A stretch of 64,000 nucleotides of DNA from an uncultured Acidobacteriota bacterium. GTDB taxonomy: Bacteria; Acidobacteriota; Vicinamibacteria; Fen-336. Each line of letters begins with the position of its first letter. Position 1 is the stretch's first letter. Shown piece by piece: positions 32,479-41,452 of the stretch. The stretch lies in contig OY970399.1 in assembly GCA_963720545.1 (NCBI GenBank), positions 3,360,001 to 3,424,000 of the forward strand, given 5' to 3'. The position numbers and the translations under genes are program-made. The notes beneath the pieces are model-generated. The model saw only the letters and a list, made by a program, of their open reading frames with translations, searched no databases and was not told the DNA's origin.

Positions 32479-33207
32479 CTACAGGCGGCTGGCGAAGAAC
32501 CGGCGCAGCGGTTCGATGAGCGCCTCGGGGTCGTCGGCCAGGATGTTCTCGGCGTGCAGCCCGCCCGGGATCACGACCAGCTCCTTCGGTTCGGTGGCGA
32601 GCGCGTAGAGGTCGTGCGCGTGTTTCACCGGGATCAGCCAGTCGTCGCTGCCGTGGACGATCAGCAGTGGGGCGACGATCTGCGCGATCAGCCGGCGCGG
32701 CGAGGTGCCGCGCAGCGGCGGGCGCAGCGACACGCGCGCCGGGCGGCGCTCGCGGCGCAGCATGATGGGCACGCTGCGCGTCAGGCCGCGGATGAAGGGG
32801 TTGTGGTCGAGCAGGAACAGGCTCTTCGGCGCGGCCACCAGCGCCACCGCGTCGAAGTTGGCGCCCTGCGCCGCGGCCGCGACGGTGTGATAGCCGCCGT
32901 AGGAGAAGCCGAGCGCGCCGACGCGCGCGTAGCGCTCGTGCGCCCAGGCGGCGACCCTTTGCAGGTCGTGCGGCTCCTTGCGGCCCCAGCTGAAACGGCC
33001 CGCCGACTCGCCGTGGCCGCGCACGTCCATGGTGATGACGTCGGCGAGGTCGGCAAGCGCGCGCGCGAGGCGCAGGTGCTCGGGGCTCTCGCGGTGCATG
33101 AAGATGCCCGGTACCACCACGATGGCGGCTTCCCGGCCGCTGCCGCGGACCGTGAGACGCAGGCTGGTGCCGTCGTCGGCTGCGAGCGTTTCAGACCGCG
33201 AGTTCAC
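32479..33207 (-). CDS. Alpha/beta hydrolase
   Basis: DVRGHGES, GFSYGG nucleophile elbow, HGSDD and GGLH. Confidence 0.88.
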   Translation of the reverse strand: MNSRSETLAADDGTSLRLTVRGSGREAAIVVVPGIFMHRESPEHLRLARALADLADVITMDVRGHGESAGRFSWGRKEPHDLQRVAAWAHERYARVGALGFSYGGYHTVAAAAQGANFDAVALVAAPKSLFLLDHNPFIRGLTRSVPIMLRRERRPARVSLRPPLRGTSPRRLIAQIVAPLLIVHGSDDWLIPVKHAHDLYALATEPKELVVIPGGLHAENILADDPEALIEPLRRFFASRL

Positions 33208-34624
33208 CGCTCACCTCCGCGGCGAGCGGCGGCCGCGCGAAATAGTGCGCGATGGAATTGGCGTAGTAGCGCAGCAGCGGATCCTGGCTGCGATCGATGC
33301 GGTAGCGAACGACGCCGCCCTGCGCCGGAACCGGCTCGGCGATGTGGCGCAGGGTCAGCATCACCAGCGCCCGGTCGAGGAGTTCCGCGGCGGTGCGTTC
33401 GTCCGCGACGATCGGCGCGCCGCGTGAGCGCAGTTCGCCGCGCACCGCGTCGATGCGCGTCTCCCATTCCGCACGCTCGATCTCGGCGGCGGTGCCCGCG
33501 CGCAACAGGGTCTCGGCCACCAGGCACACCGGCGTCACCGGCATCACCTCGCCGATCTGCGCCATCACGTGCGCGGCCAGCTCGCCGACCGGGCCCAGGC
33601 GCTCATGGCGCGGCAGTTCGAGGATGCCGGGACGATCGCGCAGCCAGGCATCCACGTCGATCGGCGCGCCGAAGTTGACGCAGGCGCGCCCATAGCGGCG
33701 CCCGCGACGCGTCATGAAGCGCAGCGACACGCGCACCACGTACGCCACCACTTCGGCGAACTGCTCGAGGCGCGACAGCCGCGTGCGCGTCACGTCCAGC
33801 TCGCGAAGCAGCGAGCGGTCCTCGAGCACGCGGTCATAGTTGATCGCGACCGGGATGATGACGAGCGGCCGGATGACGCGCGGGTCGCGCTTCACGCCGA
33901 GCAGGTAATCGAGCAGGCCGAGCTTTGGCTGGCGGAAACGGCCGTCGCGGGTGAGGCCGCCCTCGAGGAAGATTCCCTGGGTCACGCCGTGGCGGGTGAT
34001 GAGCTGGACGTAGCGCTCGAGCACCTTGTGATAGAGCGGCTCGCGGTACTTGCGGCGTACGAAGTACGCGCCGAAGCTCTTGAACACCGCCTCCAAGGGC
34101 CAGACGCGCGCCCATTCGCCGACTGCGTAGCTGATGGCGACGCGGCCGGAGAGCACGTAGGTCACGACCACGTAGTCGGCGTTGGAGCGGTGGTTCATCA
34201 GGTACAGCACGATGCTGTCCCGCGGGATCGCGTCGAGCGCCGCGCGCGCCTCGTAGCCGACGCTCACCTTGTAGAAGAGCGGCACCAGGAAGCGCGCGAC
34301 ACCGTAGGCGAGGCGATAGTAGGAAATGAGGTTGAACCTGGGGACGATCTCCTCGGCATAACCGCGCGCGCGGCGCTCGGCGTCCTCGACCGAGCCGCCG
34401 GCGCTGTGCGCGTGTTCCGCGATGGCGGCGCGCACCTCGGGATCCTCGAGCAGCGCGTCGCGCACCTCCTGCGGGGTCTCGCGCTTGAACGGCGCGATCC
34501 GCGAACGGTAGCGGCGGCGCAGGCCGCGGGCCTCCGACAAGGCGTAGCGCCGCAGCCAGGCGCGGCCCGCGAACCCCGCGCCCACCAGCAACAATGCGGC
34601 CGCGACCGCGCTCCGTGGGTCCAC
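33191..34624 (-). CDS. Glycerol-3-phosphate/lysophospholipid acyltransferase (PlsB-like)
   Basis: NHRSNAD, GAYFVRR, FLEGGLTRDG, PKLGLL and INYDRVLE; GTG start at 34624. Confidence 0.85.
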   Translation of the reverse strand: MDPRSAVAAALLLVGAGFAGRAWLRRYALSEARGLRRRYRSRIAPFKRETPQEVRDALLEDPEVRAAIAEHAHSAGGSVEDAERRARGYAEEIVPRFNLISYYRLAYGVARFLVPLFYKVSVGYEARAALDAIPRDSIVLYLMNHRSNADYVVVTYVLSGRVAISYAVGEWARVWPLEAVFKSFGAYFVRRKYREPLYHKVLERYVQLITRHGVTQGIFLEGGLTRDGRFRQPKLGLLDYLLGVKRDPRVIRPLVIIPVAINYDRVLEDRSLLRELDVTRTRLSRLEQFAEVVAYVVRVSLRFMTRRGRRYGRACVNFGAPIDVDAWLRDRPGILELPRHERLGPVGELAAHVMAQIGEVMPVTPVCLVAETLLRAGTAAEIERAEWETRIDAVRGELRSRGAPIVADERTAAELLDRALVMLTLRHIAEPVPAQGGVVRYRIDRSQDPLLRYYANSIAHYFARPPLAAEVSGELAV

Positions 34625-34630
34625 CGCGGG

Positions 34631-34638
34631 AATATAAT
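34631..34638. promoter_or_regulatory. Overlapping divergent -10 boxes in a 24-bp gap
   Basis: TATAAT (+, 34633-34638) lies 10 nt before the xdh ATG; TATATT (-, 34636-34631) lies 6 nt before the acyltransferase GTG. Confidence 0.55.
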
Positions 34639-34648
34639 CCTTCGCGGG

Positions 34649-36889
34649 ATGCGGGCGATCGGCAAGAGCGTGTTGCGCACGGAGGGCCCGGACAAGCTGT
34701 GCGGCGCCACGCGCTACACCGACGACATCGAACCCGAGGGTTGCCTGCACGGCGTCACGCTGCGCGCGACCATCCCCTACGGGCGGATCCTGGCGATCGA
34801 GAAGGACCCGGCCTTCCCCTGGCGCGAGTTCGTGGTGGCGACCGCGAAGGACCTGCCGGGGCCCAACCGCGTGCAGCTCATCGAGGACGACCAGCCGCTC
34901 CTCTGCGAGGAGTGGGTGCGCCATCCGTACGAACCGATCCTGCTGGTGGCGCACGCCAACCGCTCGCGGGCGTACGAAGCCCTCCGGCACATCCGTGTCA
35001 CCTACGAGCCGCACGAGCCGGTGCTCTCGATCGACGACGCGCTGGCGGTGAAGCAGAAGCTGCGCGGCGAGGACAACGTCTTCAAGTCGTTCCACATCGT
35101 GCAGGGCGACATCGACGCGGGCTTCGCGGCGGCCGACCTCGTAGTTTCAGGCGAGTACACGGTGCCGCACCAGGAACAGGCCTACATCGAGAACAACGTG
35201 ATGACCGCGTGGTTCGAGGCGGACGGCACGCTGGTGGCGCACGGCTCGATGCAGTGCCCGTACTACGTGCACAAGGCGCTGCGCGGGTTGTTCAAGCTGA
35301 AGGGCGAGAAGGTGCGGGTCATCCAGGCGCCGACCGGCGGCGGCTTCGGCGGCAAGGAGGAGTACCCGAACATGATCGCTGGTCACGCGGCGCTGCTGGC
35401 GCGCAAGGCGAAGCGGCCGGTGAAGATCGCCTACGACCGCCACGAAGACATGGCGGCCACCACCAAGCGCCATCCGGCGCGCATCCGCCACCGCACCGGC
35501 GTGAAGCGCGACGGCACACTGGTGGCGCAGGACATCGAGGTGGTCATGGACGGCGGCGCCTACATCACGCTGTCGCCCGTGGTGTTGTCGCGCGGCACGC
35601 TGCACGCGACCGGGCCGTATGCCTGCCCCAACGTGCGCATCCGCTCGAGTGTGGTCGCGACCAACACCGTGCCGAACGGCGCCTTCCGTGGTTTCGGGGC
35701 GCCGCAGACGCTGTTCGCCGCCGAGCTGCACATGGCGCGCATCGCCGCCGAGCTGCGCCTCGACCCCGTGGCGCTGCGCGAGAAGAACGCGGTGCGCCGC
35801 GGCTCGGTGATGGCGACCGGCCAGGTGCTGCGCGAGAGCGTCGGCGCGCGCCAGGCGCTGCAGCGCGTGGTCGCCGACTCCGGCTATCGCCGCAAACGGG
35901 TCGAGCACGCCAGGTGGAACGCGCAGCCGGGCACTGCGCACTGGAAGGGCGTGGGCCTGGCGCTCGTCCACCACGGCTCGGGCTTCACCGGCAGCGGCGA
36001 GGAGCACCTCGCGAGCCGCGCCGCGGTGACGCTGACCCGCACCGGCCGCATTCGCGTGCTCGCCGGCTCCACAGAATTCGGCCAGGGGACCAACACGATG
36101 TTCAGCCAGATCGTCGCCGAGACGCTCGGCGTCGCGACAGCTCTCGTCGACGTCGCGACTCCCGACACCCGCTTCGTCCCCGACAGCGGGCCGACGGTGG
36201 CGAGCCGCACCTGCATGGTCGTCGGCCGCCTGGTGCGCGACGCGTGCCGCGACCTGCACGCGGCGGTCAGCGGCCGCAAGCCGTTTCCGCGCTCGGCGCG
36301 CGACCTGCGCGCGGCCGCGAAGCGCGTCTGCGGCACGCGCGACGAGGTGCGCTTCGAGCGCCAATACGAGAAGCCGGCCGCCATCACCTGGGACGACACC
36401 ACCTACCGCGGCGATGCCTACGAAGCGTACGGCTACGCCGCGGCGGTGGTGGACCTCGAGGTGGACAAGCTGACGTTCGAGGTGACGCTGCGCCGCGTCA
36501 CGCTCGCCGCCGACATCGGCCGGGTGGTGAACCCGGTGCTCGCCGCGGGCCAGGTGATCGGCGGCGCGGCGCAGGGCCTCGGCTATGCGCTCCTCGAGAA
36601 CCCAGTGTACAAGGACGGGGCGATGCAGAACGCGCAGCTCACGAACTACATCATCCCGACCGCGAAGGACCTGCCGCAGATCGACGTCGCTTTCACGCCC
36701 GCGCTCTACTCGCTCGGGCCGTATGGCGCCAAGGGTGTGGGCGAGTTGCCGATGGACATTCCCGGGCCGGCGGTGGCCGACGCGGTGCACGACGCCACCG
36801 GCCTCTGGATCACCTCGCTGCCGGTGCTGCCGGAGAAGATCGCTGCGGCGCATGGCGCCCGCCGGCGCGGCACCGCGGTGCCGGCGTGA
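34649..36889 (+). CDS. Xanthine dehydrogenase molybdopterin-binding subunit
   Basis: QEQAYIE, GGGFGGKEE, LSRG (substrate Arg position), AFRGFGAPQ, EFGQG, TVASR and catalytic GAKGVGE; purine-cluster context. Confidence 0.9.
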   Translation: MRAIGKSVLRTEGPDKLCGATRYTDDIEPEGCLHGVTLRATIPYGRILAIEKDPAFPWREFVVATAKDLPGPNRVQLIEDDQPLLCEEWVRHPYEPILLVAHANRSRAYEALRHIRVTYEPHEPVLSIDDALAVKQKLRGEDNVFKSFHIVQGDIDAGFAAADLVVSGEYTVPHQEQAYIENNVMTAWFEADGTLVAHGSMQCPYYVHKALRGLFKLKGEKVRVIQAPTGGGFGGKEEYPNMIAGHAALLARKAKRPVKIAYDRHEDMAATTKRHPARIRHRTGVKRDGTLVAQDIEVVMDGGAYITLSPVVLSRGTLHATGPYACPNVRIRSSVVATNTVPNGAFRGFGAPQTLFAAELHMARIAAELRLDPVALREKNAVRRGSVMATGQVLRESVGARQALQRVVADSGYRRKRVEHARWNAQPGTAHWKGVGLALVHHGSGFTGSGEEHLASRAAVTLTRTGRIRVLAGSTEFGQGTNTMFSQIVAETLGVATALVDVATPDTRFVPDSGPTVASRTCMVVGRLVRDACRDLHAAVSGRKPFPRSARDLRAAAKRVCGTRDEVRFERQYEKPAAITWDDTTYRGDAYEAYGYAAAVVDLEVDKLTFEVTLRRVTLAADIGRVVNPVLAAGQVIGGAAQGLGYALLENPVYKDGAMQNAQLTNYIIPTAKDLPQIDVAFTPALYSLGPYGAKGVGELPMDIPGPAVADAVHDATGLWITSLPVLPEKIAAAHGARRRGTAVPA

Positions 36890-37602
36890 TCAACCTCTCG
36901 GTCAATGGCCGCCGTCGCGCCTTCTCGGGGCCGCCGTGGAAGCGCCTCCTCGACGTGCTGCGCGAAGACTTCGCGCTGACGGGCACCAAGGAGGGCTGCG
37001 GCGAAGGCGAGTGCGGTGCCTGCACCGTGCTCATAGACGGCGCCCCGGTGAACAGCTGCCTGATCCCCGCCTGCCAGGTCGCCGGCCAGCGCGTCGAGAC
37101 GATCGAAAGCCTTGGCCGCCCCGCGGCGCTGAGCGTCTTGCAAGAACGCTTCCTCGCGATGGGCGGCGCGCAGTGCGGCATCTGCACCCCGGGCATGCTG
37201 ATGGCCGCCTGGGCCCACGTCAAAGCCGGCGGCTCCGCTTCCCCCGACGCTGTTCGCGAGCAACTGGCCGGCAACCTCTGCCGCTGCACCGGCTATCAGG
37301 CGATTGTGGATGCTGTTATTGAGACGATTCGTCTTGAGACGATTCGAAAATCGCTAAAGCGAATCGTCTCAATTCCGGGCCAGAGGTCCGTTGCCGCTCC
37401 CAGGAAGAAGTCCGTCCGTCCTCCCAGGAAGAAATCCGTTCGTTCTCCCAAGAAGAGAGCGGCGCCGCTTTCCAGGAAAAGGACCGTCGCGTCCGCCACA
37501 AAGAAATCAGCAGCGCCTGACAAACGGAAATCTCGTCCTCGGAGGAAGTCCGTTGTCAGGTCAGCTATGTCTCCGAAGACGAGAAGCGTGAAGACGAGAT
37601 AA
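36886..37602 (+). CDS. Xanthine dehydrogenase 2Fe-2S subunit with basic C-terminal extension
   Basis: GTKEGCGEGECGAC..NSC, QCGICTPG and NLCRCTGY, followed by about 90 aa of K/R/S/P-rich tail. Confidence 0.9.
   Translation: MINLSVNGRRRAFSGPPWKRLLDVLREDFALTGTKEGCGEGECGACTVLIDGAPVNSCLIPACQVAGQRVETIESLGRPAALSVLQERFLAMGGAQCGICTPGMLMAAWAHVKAGGSASPDAVREQLAGNLCRCTGYQAIVDAVIETIRLETIRKSLKRIVSIPGQRSVAAPRKKSVRPPRKKSVRSPKKRAAPLSRKRTVASATKKSAAPDKRKSRPRRKSVVRSAMSPKTRSVKTR
37397..37468 (+). repeat. 24-nt tandem repeat in the XDH small-subunit tail
   Basis: Units start at 37397, 37421 and 37445 (CTCCCAGGAAGAAGTCCGTCCGTC and variants), encoding PRKKSVRP, PRKKSVRS and PKKRAAPL. Confidence 0.8.
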
Positions 37603-37603
37603 C

Positions 37604-38470
37604 GTGCGCGGTAATCCTCTTCGCATCACCGTGTCGCGGCCAGCCACAGCGGAGCAGGCGATTGCCGCGTACGCCGCGCGGCCTGACTCGCTGCCGTTTG
37701 CCGGCGGCACCGACCTGATGGTCGCCTGGAACGCCGGCGACTGGCACGACCGCGAAGTCCTCGACCTGTCGGCGCTCGACGAGTGGCGCAGCATCGCTGC
37801 GGCGGCGGGGGAATTGCGCATCGGCGCCCTGGCCACGCACACGAGCCTGCGCCGCCACGAAGCGGTCGCCCGCCACGCGCCGCTGCTGGCGTCGGCCTGC
37901 GCCACCATCGGCGGCATCCAGATCCAGAACCGCGGCACGCTCGGCGGCAACATCGCCAATGCCTCGCCGGCGGGCGACACGTTTCCGCCGCTCGCTATCT
38001 ACGACGCCGTGGTCCACATCGCCGCAGCGCGCGGCGCGCGGCAGGTACCGTTCGCCGCGGTGTTCAGCGGCGTGAAGAAGACCGTGCTCGAACCGGGCGA
38101 GCTGATCGACGCGATCACGATCCCGATCCCGGCGGCGCCGCCCGACCGGGTGATGTTCCGCAAGGTCGGCACGCGCGCCGCGCAGGCGATCTCCAAGGTG
38201 GTCGCGGCCGGCGCCTTGTGGTTCACGGCCGACGGCACCGTGGCCGACGTCCGCTTTGCCCTCGGCAGCGTGGCGCCGACGGTGAAGCGCGCCGCCGCGG
38301 TCGAGAAATTCCTCAAGAACCGCTGGCTCACCAGGAACGTGGTGCGCGAGGCGTGCCTCAAGCTCGAAGCCGACATCAAGCCCATCGACGACATCAGGTC
38401 CACCGCGGAGTATCGAATAAACGTTGCCAGGGCGCTGCTGTCGTCCTTCCTCGGCCAGGACCCCCGTTGA
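37604..38470 (+). CDS. Xanthine dehydrogenase FAD-binding subunit
   Basis: AGGTDL, IGG.QIQNRGTLGGNIANASPAGD and PIDDIRSTAEYR. Confidence 0.92.
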   Translation: MRGNPLRITVSRPATAEQAIAAYAARPDSLPFAGGTDLMVAWNAGDWHDREVLDLSALDEWRSIAAAAGELRIGALATHTSLRRHEAVARHAPLLASACATIGGIQIQNRGTLGGNIANASPAGDTFPPLAIYDAVVHIAAARGARQVPFAAVFSGVKKTVLEPGELIDAITIPIPAAPPDRVMFRKVGTRAAQAISKVVAAGALWFTADGTVADVRFALGSVAPTVKRAAAVEKFLKNRWLTRNVVREACLKLEADIKPIDDIRSTAEYRINVARALLSSFLGQDPR

Positions 38471-39792
38471 AAACGAAACGGCCGGAGAAACAAGCGCGGG
38501 CGTCGTTCACCCCGGTGCTGGCCACGCTGCGCCGCGCCAACAGCGTGCTGGCGAAGCGCTATCCGGGCGATCCCGACGGCCGCCAGCCGGTGCACACCGT
38601 CTACGGCGGCGCGCACCTCTTCAAGGCCGATACCGCACCGCGCCTGGGCGCGCTCGCCCTGCGCGCGCTCGACCAGCACGCGCCCGACCCGATCTCGTTC
38701 GCCGGCGCGCTGCAGTTGCAGGTGCCCGACGGCCTCGACCCGTTCCGTCACGCCACCGAGATCTACGAGCGCGTCACGGCCAAGCTGCGACGTGAGCCGG
38801 TGGAAGACTTCCGCATCGACTTCGAGGACGGCTACGGCAACCGCCCCGACGCCGAGGAGGACGGGCACGCCGTGTCCGCGGCCCGCGCCGTGGCGGAGGG
38901 TGCCCGGGCGGGCACGCTGCCGCCGTTCATCGGCATCCGCATCAAGACGCTCTCGAACGAACTCGCCGCGCGCAGCCTGCGCACTCTCGAGGTCTTCGTC
39001 GCCACGCTGGTAGAGGCGACCGGCGGCCGGCTGCCGCCGGGCTTCGTCGTCACCCTGCCGAAGATCATGGTGCCCGGACAGGTGCGGGCGCTGGCGCGGG
39101 CGCTTGCCGCGCTCGAGAAGGCGCACGGCCTCGCCGACCACTCGCTGCGCTTCGAGCTGATGGTGGAGACCACGCCCTCGATCTTCGACCACGAGGGACG
39201 CCTGGCGCTGCCGGCCCTGATCGCGCTCGGCGACTCGCGCATCACCGCGGCGCACTTCGGCACTTACGACTACACCGCGTCGTGCAATATCACCGCCGCA
39301 CACCAGTCGATGACGCATCCGGCCTGCGACTTCGCCAAGCAGGTGATGCAGGTGGCGCTCGCCGGCACCGGCATCACGCTCTCGGACGGCGCCACCAACG
39401 TGATGCCGGTCGGCGAGCGCGAGACCGTGCACCACGCCTGGCACCTGCACTTCCAGCAGGCGCGCCATTCGCTGATGCAGGGCTTCTACCAGGGGTGGGA
39501 CCTGCACCCGGCACAGCTCGCGAGCCGCTATGCCGCGGTCTACTCGTTCTTCCTCGAGGGCCTCGGGCCGGCCTCCGAACGGCTGCGCAACTTCGTGGAC
39601 AAGGCGGCGCAGGCAACGCTCGTCGGCGACATCTTCGACGACGCCGCCACCGGCCAGGGCCTGCTCAACTACTTTCTGCGCGCCCTCAACTGCGGCGCCA
39701 TCGACGAGGCCCAGGCGCTCGCCACCGGCCTCACCCGCGACGAGCTGCGCACCCGCTCGTTCGTGCGGATCATGAAGGCGCGGCGCGCGTAG
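38467..39792 (+). CDS. CitE/HpcH aldolase-citrate lyase superfamily protein (DUF6986-like), function unknown
   Basis: RQPVHTVYGGA, IDFEDGYG, TLPK, MVET, HFGTYDY, SDGATN and QGWDLHPAQ; TTG overlaps the FAD-subunit stop. Confidence 0.75.
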   Translation: MKTKRPEKQARASFTPVLATLRRANSVLAKRYPGDPDGRQPVHTVYGGAHLFKADTAPRLGALALRALDQHAPDPISFAGALQLQVPDGLDPFRHATEIYERVTAKLRREPVEDFRIDFEDGYGNRPDAEEDGHAVSAARAVAEGARAGTLPPFIGIRIKTLSNELAARSLRTLEVFVATLVEATGGRLPPGFVVTLPKIMVPGQVRALARALAALEKAHGLADHSLRFELMVETTPSIFDHEGRLALPALIALGDSRITAAHFGTYDYTASCNITAAHQSMTHPACDFAKQVMQVALAGTGITLSDGATNVMPVGERETVHHAWHLHFQQARHSLMQGFYQGWDLHPAQLASRYAAVYSFFLEGLGPASERLRNFVDKAAQATLVGDIFDDAATGQGLLNYFLRALNCGAIDEAQALATGLTRDELRTRSFVRIMKARRA

Positions 39793-40593
39793 TCAGCGCC
39801 TGCGGATCCACCAGGCCGCGCCCCAGCCGACCAGGACCATCGCACCGAGCACCGCGAGCGGGTGGCCGCTGCCGTAGGCGATTGTCGGGAAGTGGCTGCC
39901 GACCATGGTGAAGAGCACCGGCAGCACGATAAAGGTGTTGTGCCTGGAGCGGCTCCTGGCGGTGGCCGCGAGCAGCGGATCGGGAGCCTGGCCGGCGCGG
40001 ATGGCGCGCACCATCTGCTTCTGGCCGGGGATGATGCGGTCGGTGACGTTCGTCGCCATGATGGTGCCGAGCAGCGCGCCCACGTGGATGTAGGCGGCGC
40101 GCGGGCTCATCACCTGCAGCAGCCACCACGCGGCCGCCAGCAACAGGAGGTACGAGAGGACGATCGCGGCTGTCTCGAAGCGGCCCATGGCGCGCGCCCA
40201 GAGCTGGTCGTACACCATCCGGCCGACGAACACGGTGAGGATCCCCTGGAACACGGCGCGCCCGACGCTCGCTTCGGGGTCGGCCACCATCAGCCCGCCG
40301 GTCCAGTACACCATCAGCAGCAGCGCGACGCCCGAGGACCAGGTAAAAATCGCCTCCCACTGGAACCAGTGCAGGGTCTTCGGCAGCGGCGCCAGTGTCG
40401 CACGCTTCTCGACCACGTAGAAGCCGCCGCTGTGCACCATGAACACCTGGTTGCCGGGGTTTTCCTCGGCGTCGGCGAACGCGCGCTCGAGGAACGTGAA
40501 GAGCCAGGTCTGGCCGATCCAGAGAATCGCCGCGAACACGTGCGACCAGCGCAGCGCGAGGTGCAGCCATTCGCTCCAGTCGCTCCACTGCAT
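39793..40593 (-). CDS. puuD: Membrane urate hydroxylase, PuuD family (no cytochrome c domain)
   Basis: LRWSHV..A..WIG, VHSGGFY, LHWFQWEA..TW.SG, GTIMATNV..IIPGQK and RSRHNT...LPVLF.M..SHFP; directly downstream of uraH. Confidence 0.82.
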   Translation of the reverse strand: MQWSDWSEWLHLALRWSHVFAAILWIGQTWLFTFLERAFADAEENPGNQVFMVHSGGFYVVEKRATLAPLPKTLHWFQWEAIFTWSSGVALLLMVYWTGGLMVADPEASVGRAVFQGILTVFVGRMVYDQLWARAMGRFETAAIVLSYLLLLAAAWWLLQVMSPRAAYIHVGALLGTIMATNVTDRIIPGQKQMVRAIRAGQAPDPLLAATARSRSRHNTFIVLPVLFTMVGSHFPTIAYGSGHPLAVLGAMVLVGWGAAWWIRRR

Positions 40594-40597
40594 GGGC

Positions 40598-40942
40598 TTA
40601 CGTCCCCTTGTAGGTGCTGTAGCCGAACGGGCTCAATAGCAGGGGCACGTGGCTGTGCGCTGTGGCGTCGTCCACGTCGAATACCACGATCGCGTACGGG
40701 AAGAACGAGCGGCTGCCTTTCTCCGACTGGTACACGCCCACCTCGAAGGTGAGCCGGTAGCGGCCGGTGGTGAAGTCGGAGCCGCCCCAAAGGCCGCGCG
40801 CCCGGCCGTCGGCATCGGTGTGGCCGCGGCCGACGACCACCCAGTCGCCGCCGACTTCCTTCTCGAGGAGCACCGGCACGCCGGCCGCCGGCCGGCCGCG
40901 CGCCGTGTCGAGCACATGGGTCGTGATGCCACCACCGTTCAT
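40598..40942 (-). CDS. uraH: 5-hydroxyisourate hydrolase
   Basis: ITTHVLDT..GRPA, DADGR and HVPLLLSPFGYSTYKGT (variant of the YRGS terminus). Confidence 0.92.
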   Translation of the reverse strand: MNGGGITTHVLDTARGRPAAGVPVLLEKEVGGDWVVVGRGHTDADGRARGLWGGSDFTTGRYRLTFEVGVYQSEKGSRSFFPYAIVVFDVDDATAHSHVPLLLSPFGYSTYKGT

Positions 40943-41452
40943 CTAGGGAACCTCCGCGAGCCACTTGTCGAGCCGCAATGCAGTGATCTTCTCCTGTTCG
41001 CTCGCCGCTTTCCTGAGCTCGGCCGCGGGCGAGGCGCGCAGCCGCTCGCGCAGGTCCTCGAGCATGTCCGCGGCGCTCCGGCCGGTGGCACAGACGATGA
41101 AGATGTGGCCGAACTGCCGCTCGTACTCCAGGTTGCCGGCCATCAGCGCCACGAGCGTCTTTTCGTCAGCGCCAGCCGCGGCGTGCTGCTCGCCCTGCGA
41201 CCAGGTGGCGGCGAAGCGCTCGCGCATCGCCTCGAGGTCGCCGATGCGCGGATGTTGCGCGAACGCCTCGAGCCAGTCCTCGCGGTCGAGCGCGCGCCAT
41301 GCCGTGCGTGCCGCCTCGTGGAGCGCTGCCGCGCTTGCGAACGGCCGGCCCAGGAGCATGGCGTCAACCCAGCGGCTCGAGCCGCAGCAGCGGCTGAAGC
41401 CGGCCGCGGCATCGGCCTCAGGAAGGCCGTTAACGGCGGCGAGTCCGCCCAT
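40943..41452 (-). CDS. uraD: OHCU decarboxylase
   Basis: CCGSSRW, AFAQHPRIG, SQGEQ, YERQFG.IFIVCA.G and EQ.KIT.LRL. Confidence 0.92.
   Translation of the reverse strand: MGGLAAVNGLPEADAAAGFSRCCGSSRWVDAMLLGRPFASAAALHEAARTAWRALDREDWLEAFAQHPRIGDLEAMRERFAATWSQGEQHAAAGADEKTLVALMAGNLEYERQFGHIFIVCATGRSAADMLEDLRERLRASPAAELRKAASEQEKITALRLDKWLAEVP

Noticed and set aside
37397..37470. Resemblance of the XDH tail repeats (TCCGTT..CCCAGG) to the tail of the dispersed repeat
   Set aside because: Only 6-7 nt words match and there is no hairpin, so chance similarity cannot be excluded.
17577..38470. A xanthine-utilising microcompartment locus made of BMC-T, the NuoF-like protein and XDH
   Set aside because: The genes are 8-17 kb apart and separated by unrelated housekeeping genes, with no hexamer or pentamer shell genes. 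The linkage is unsupported.
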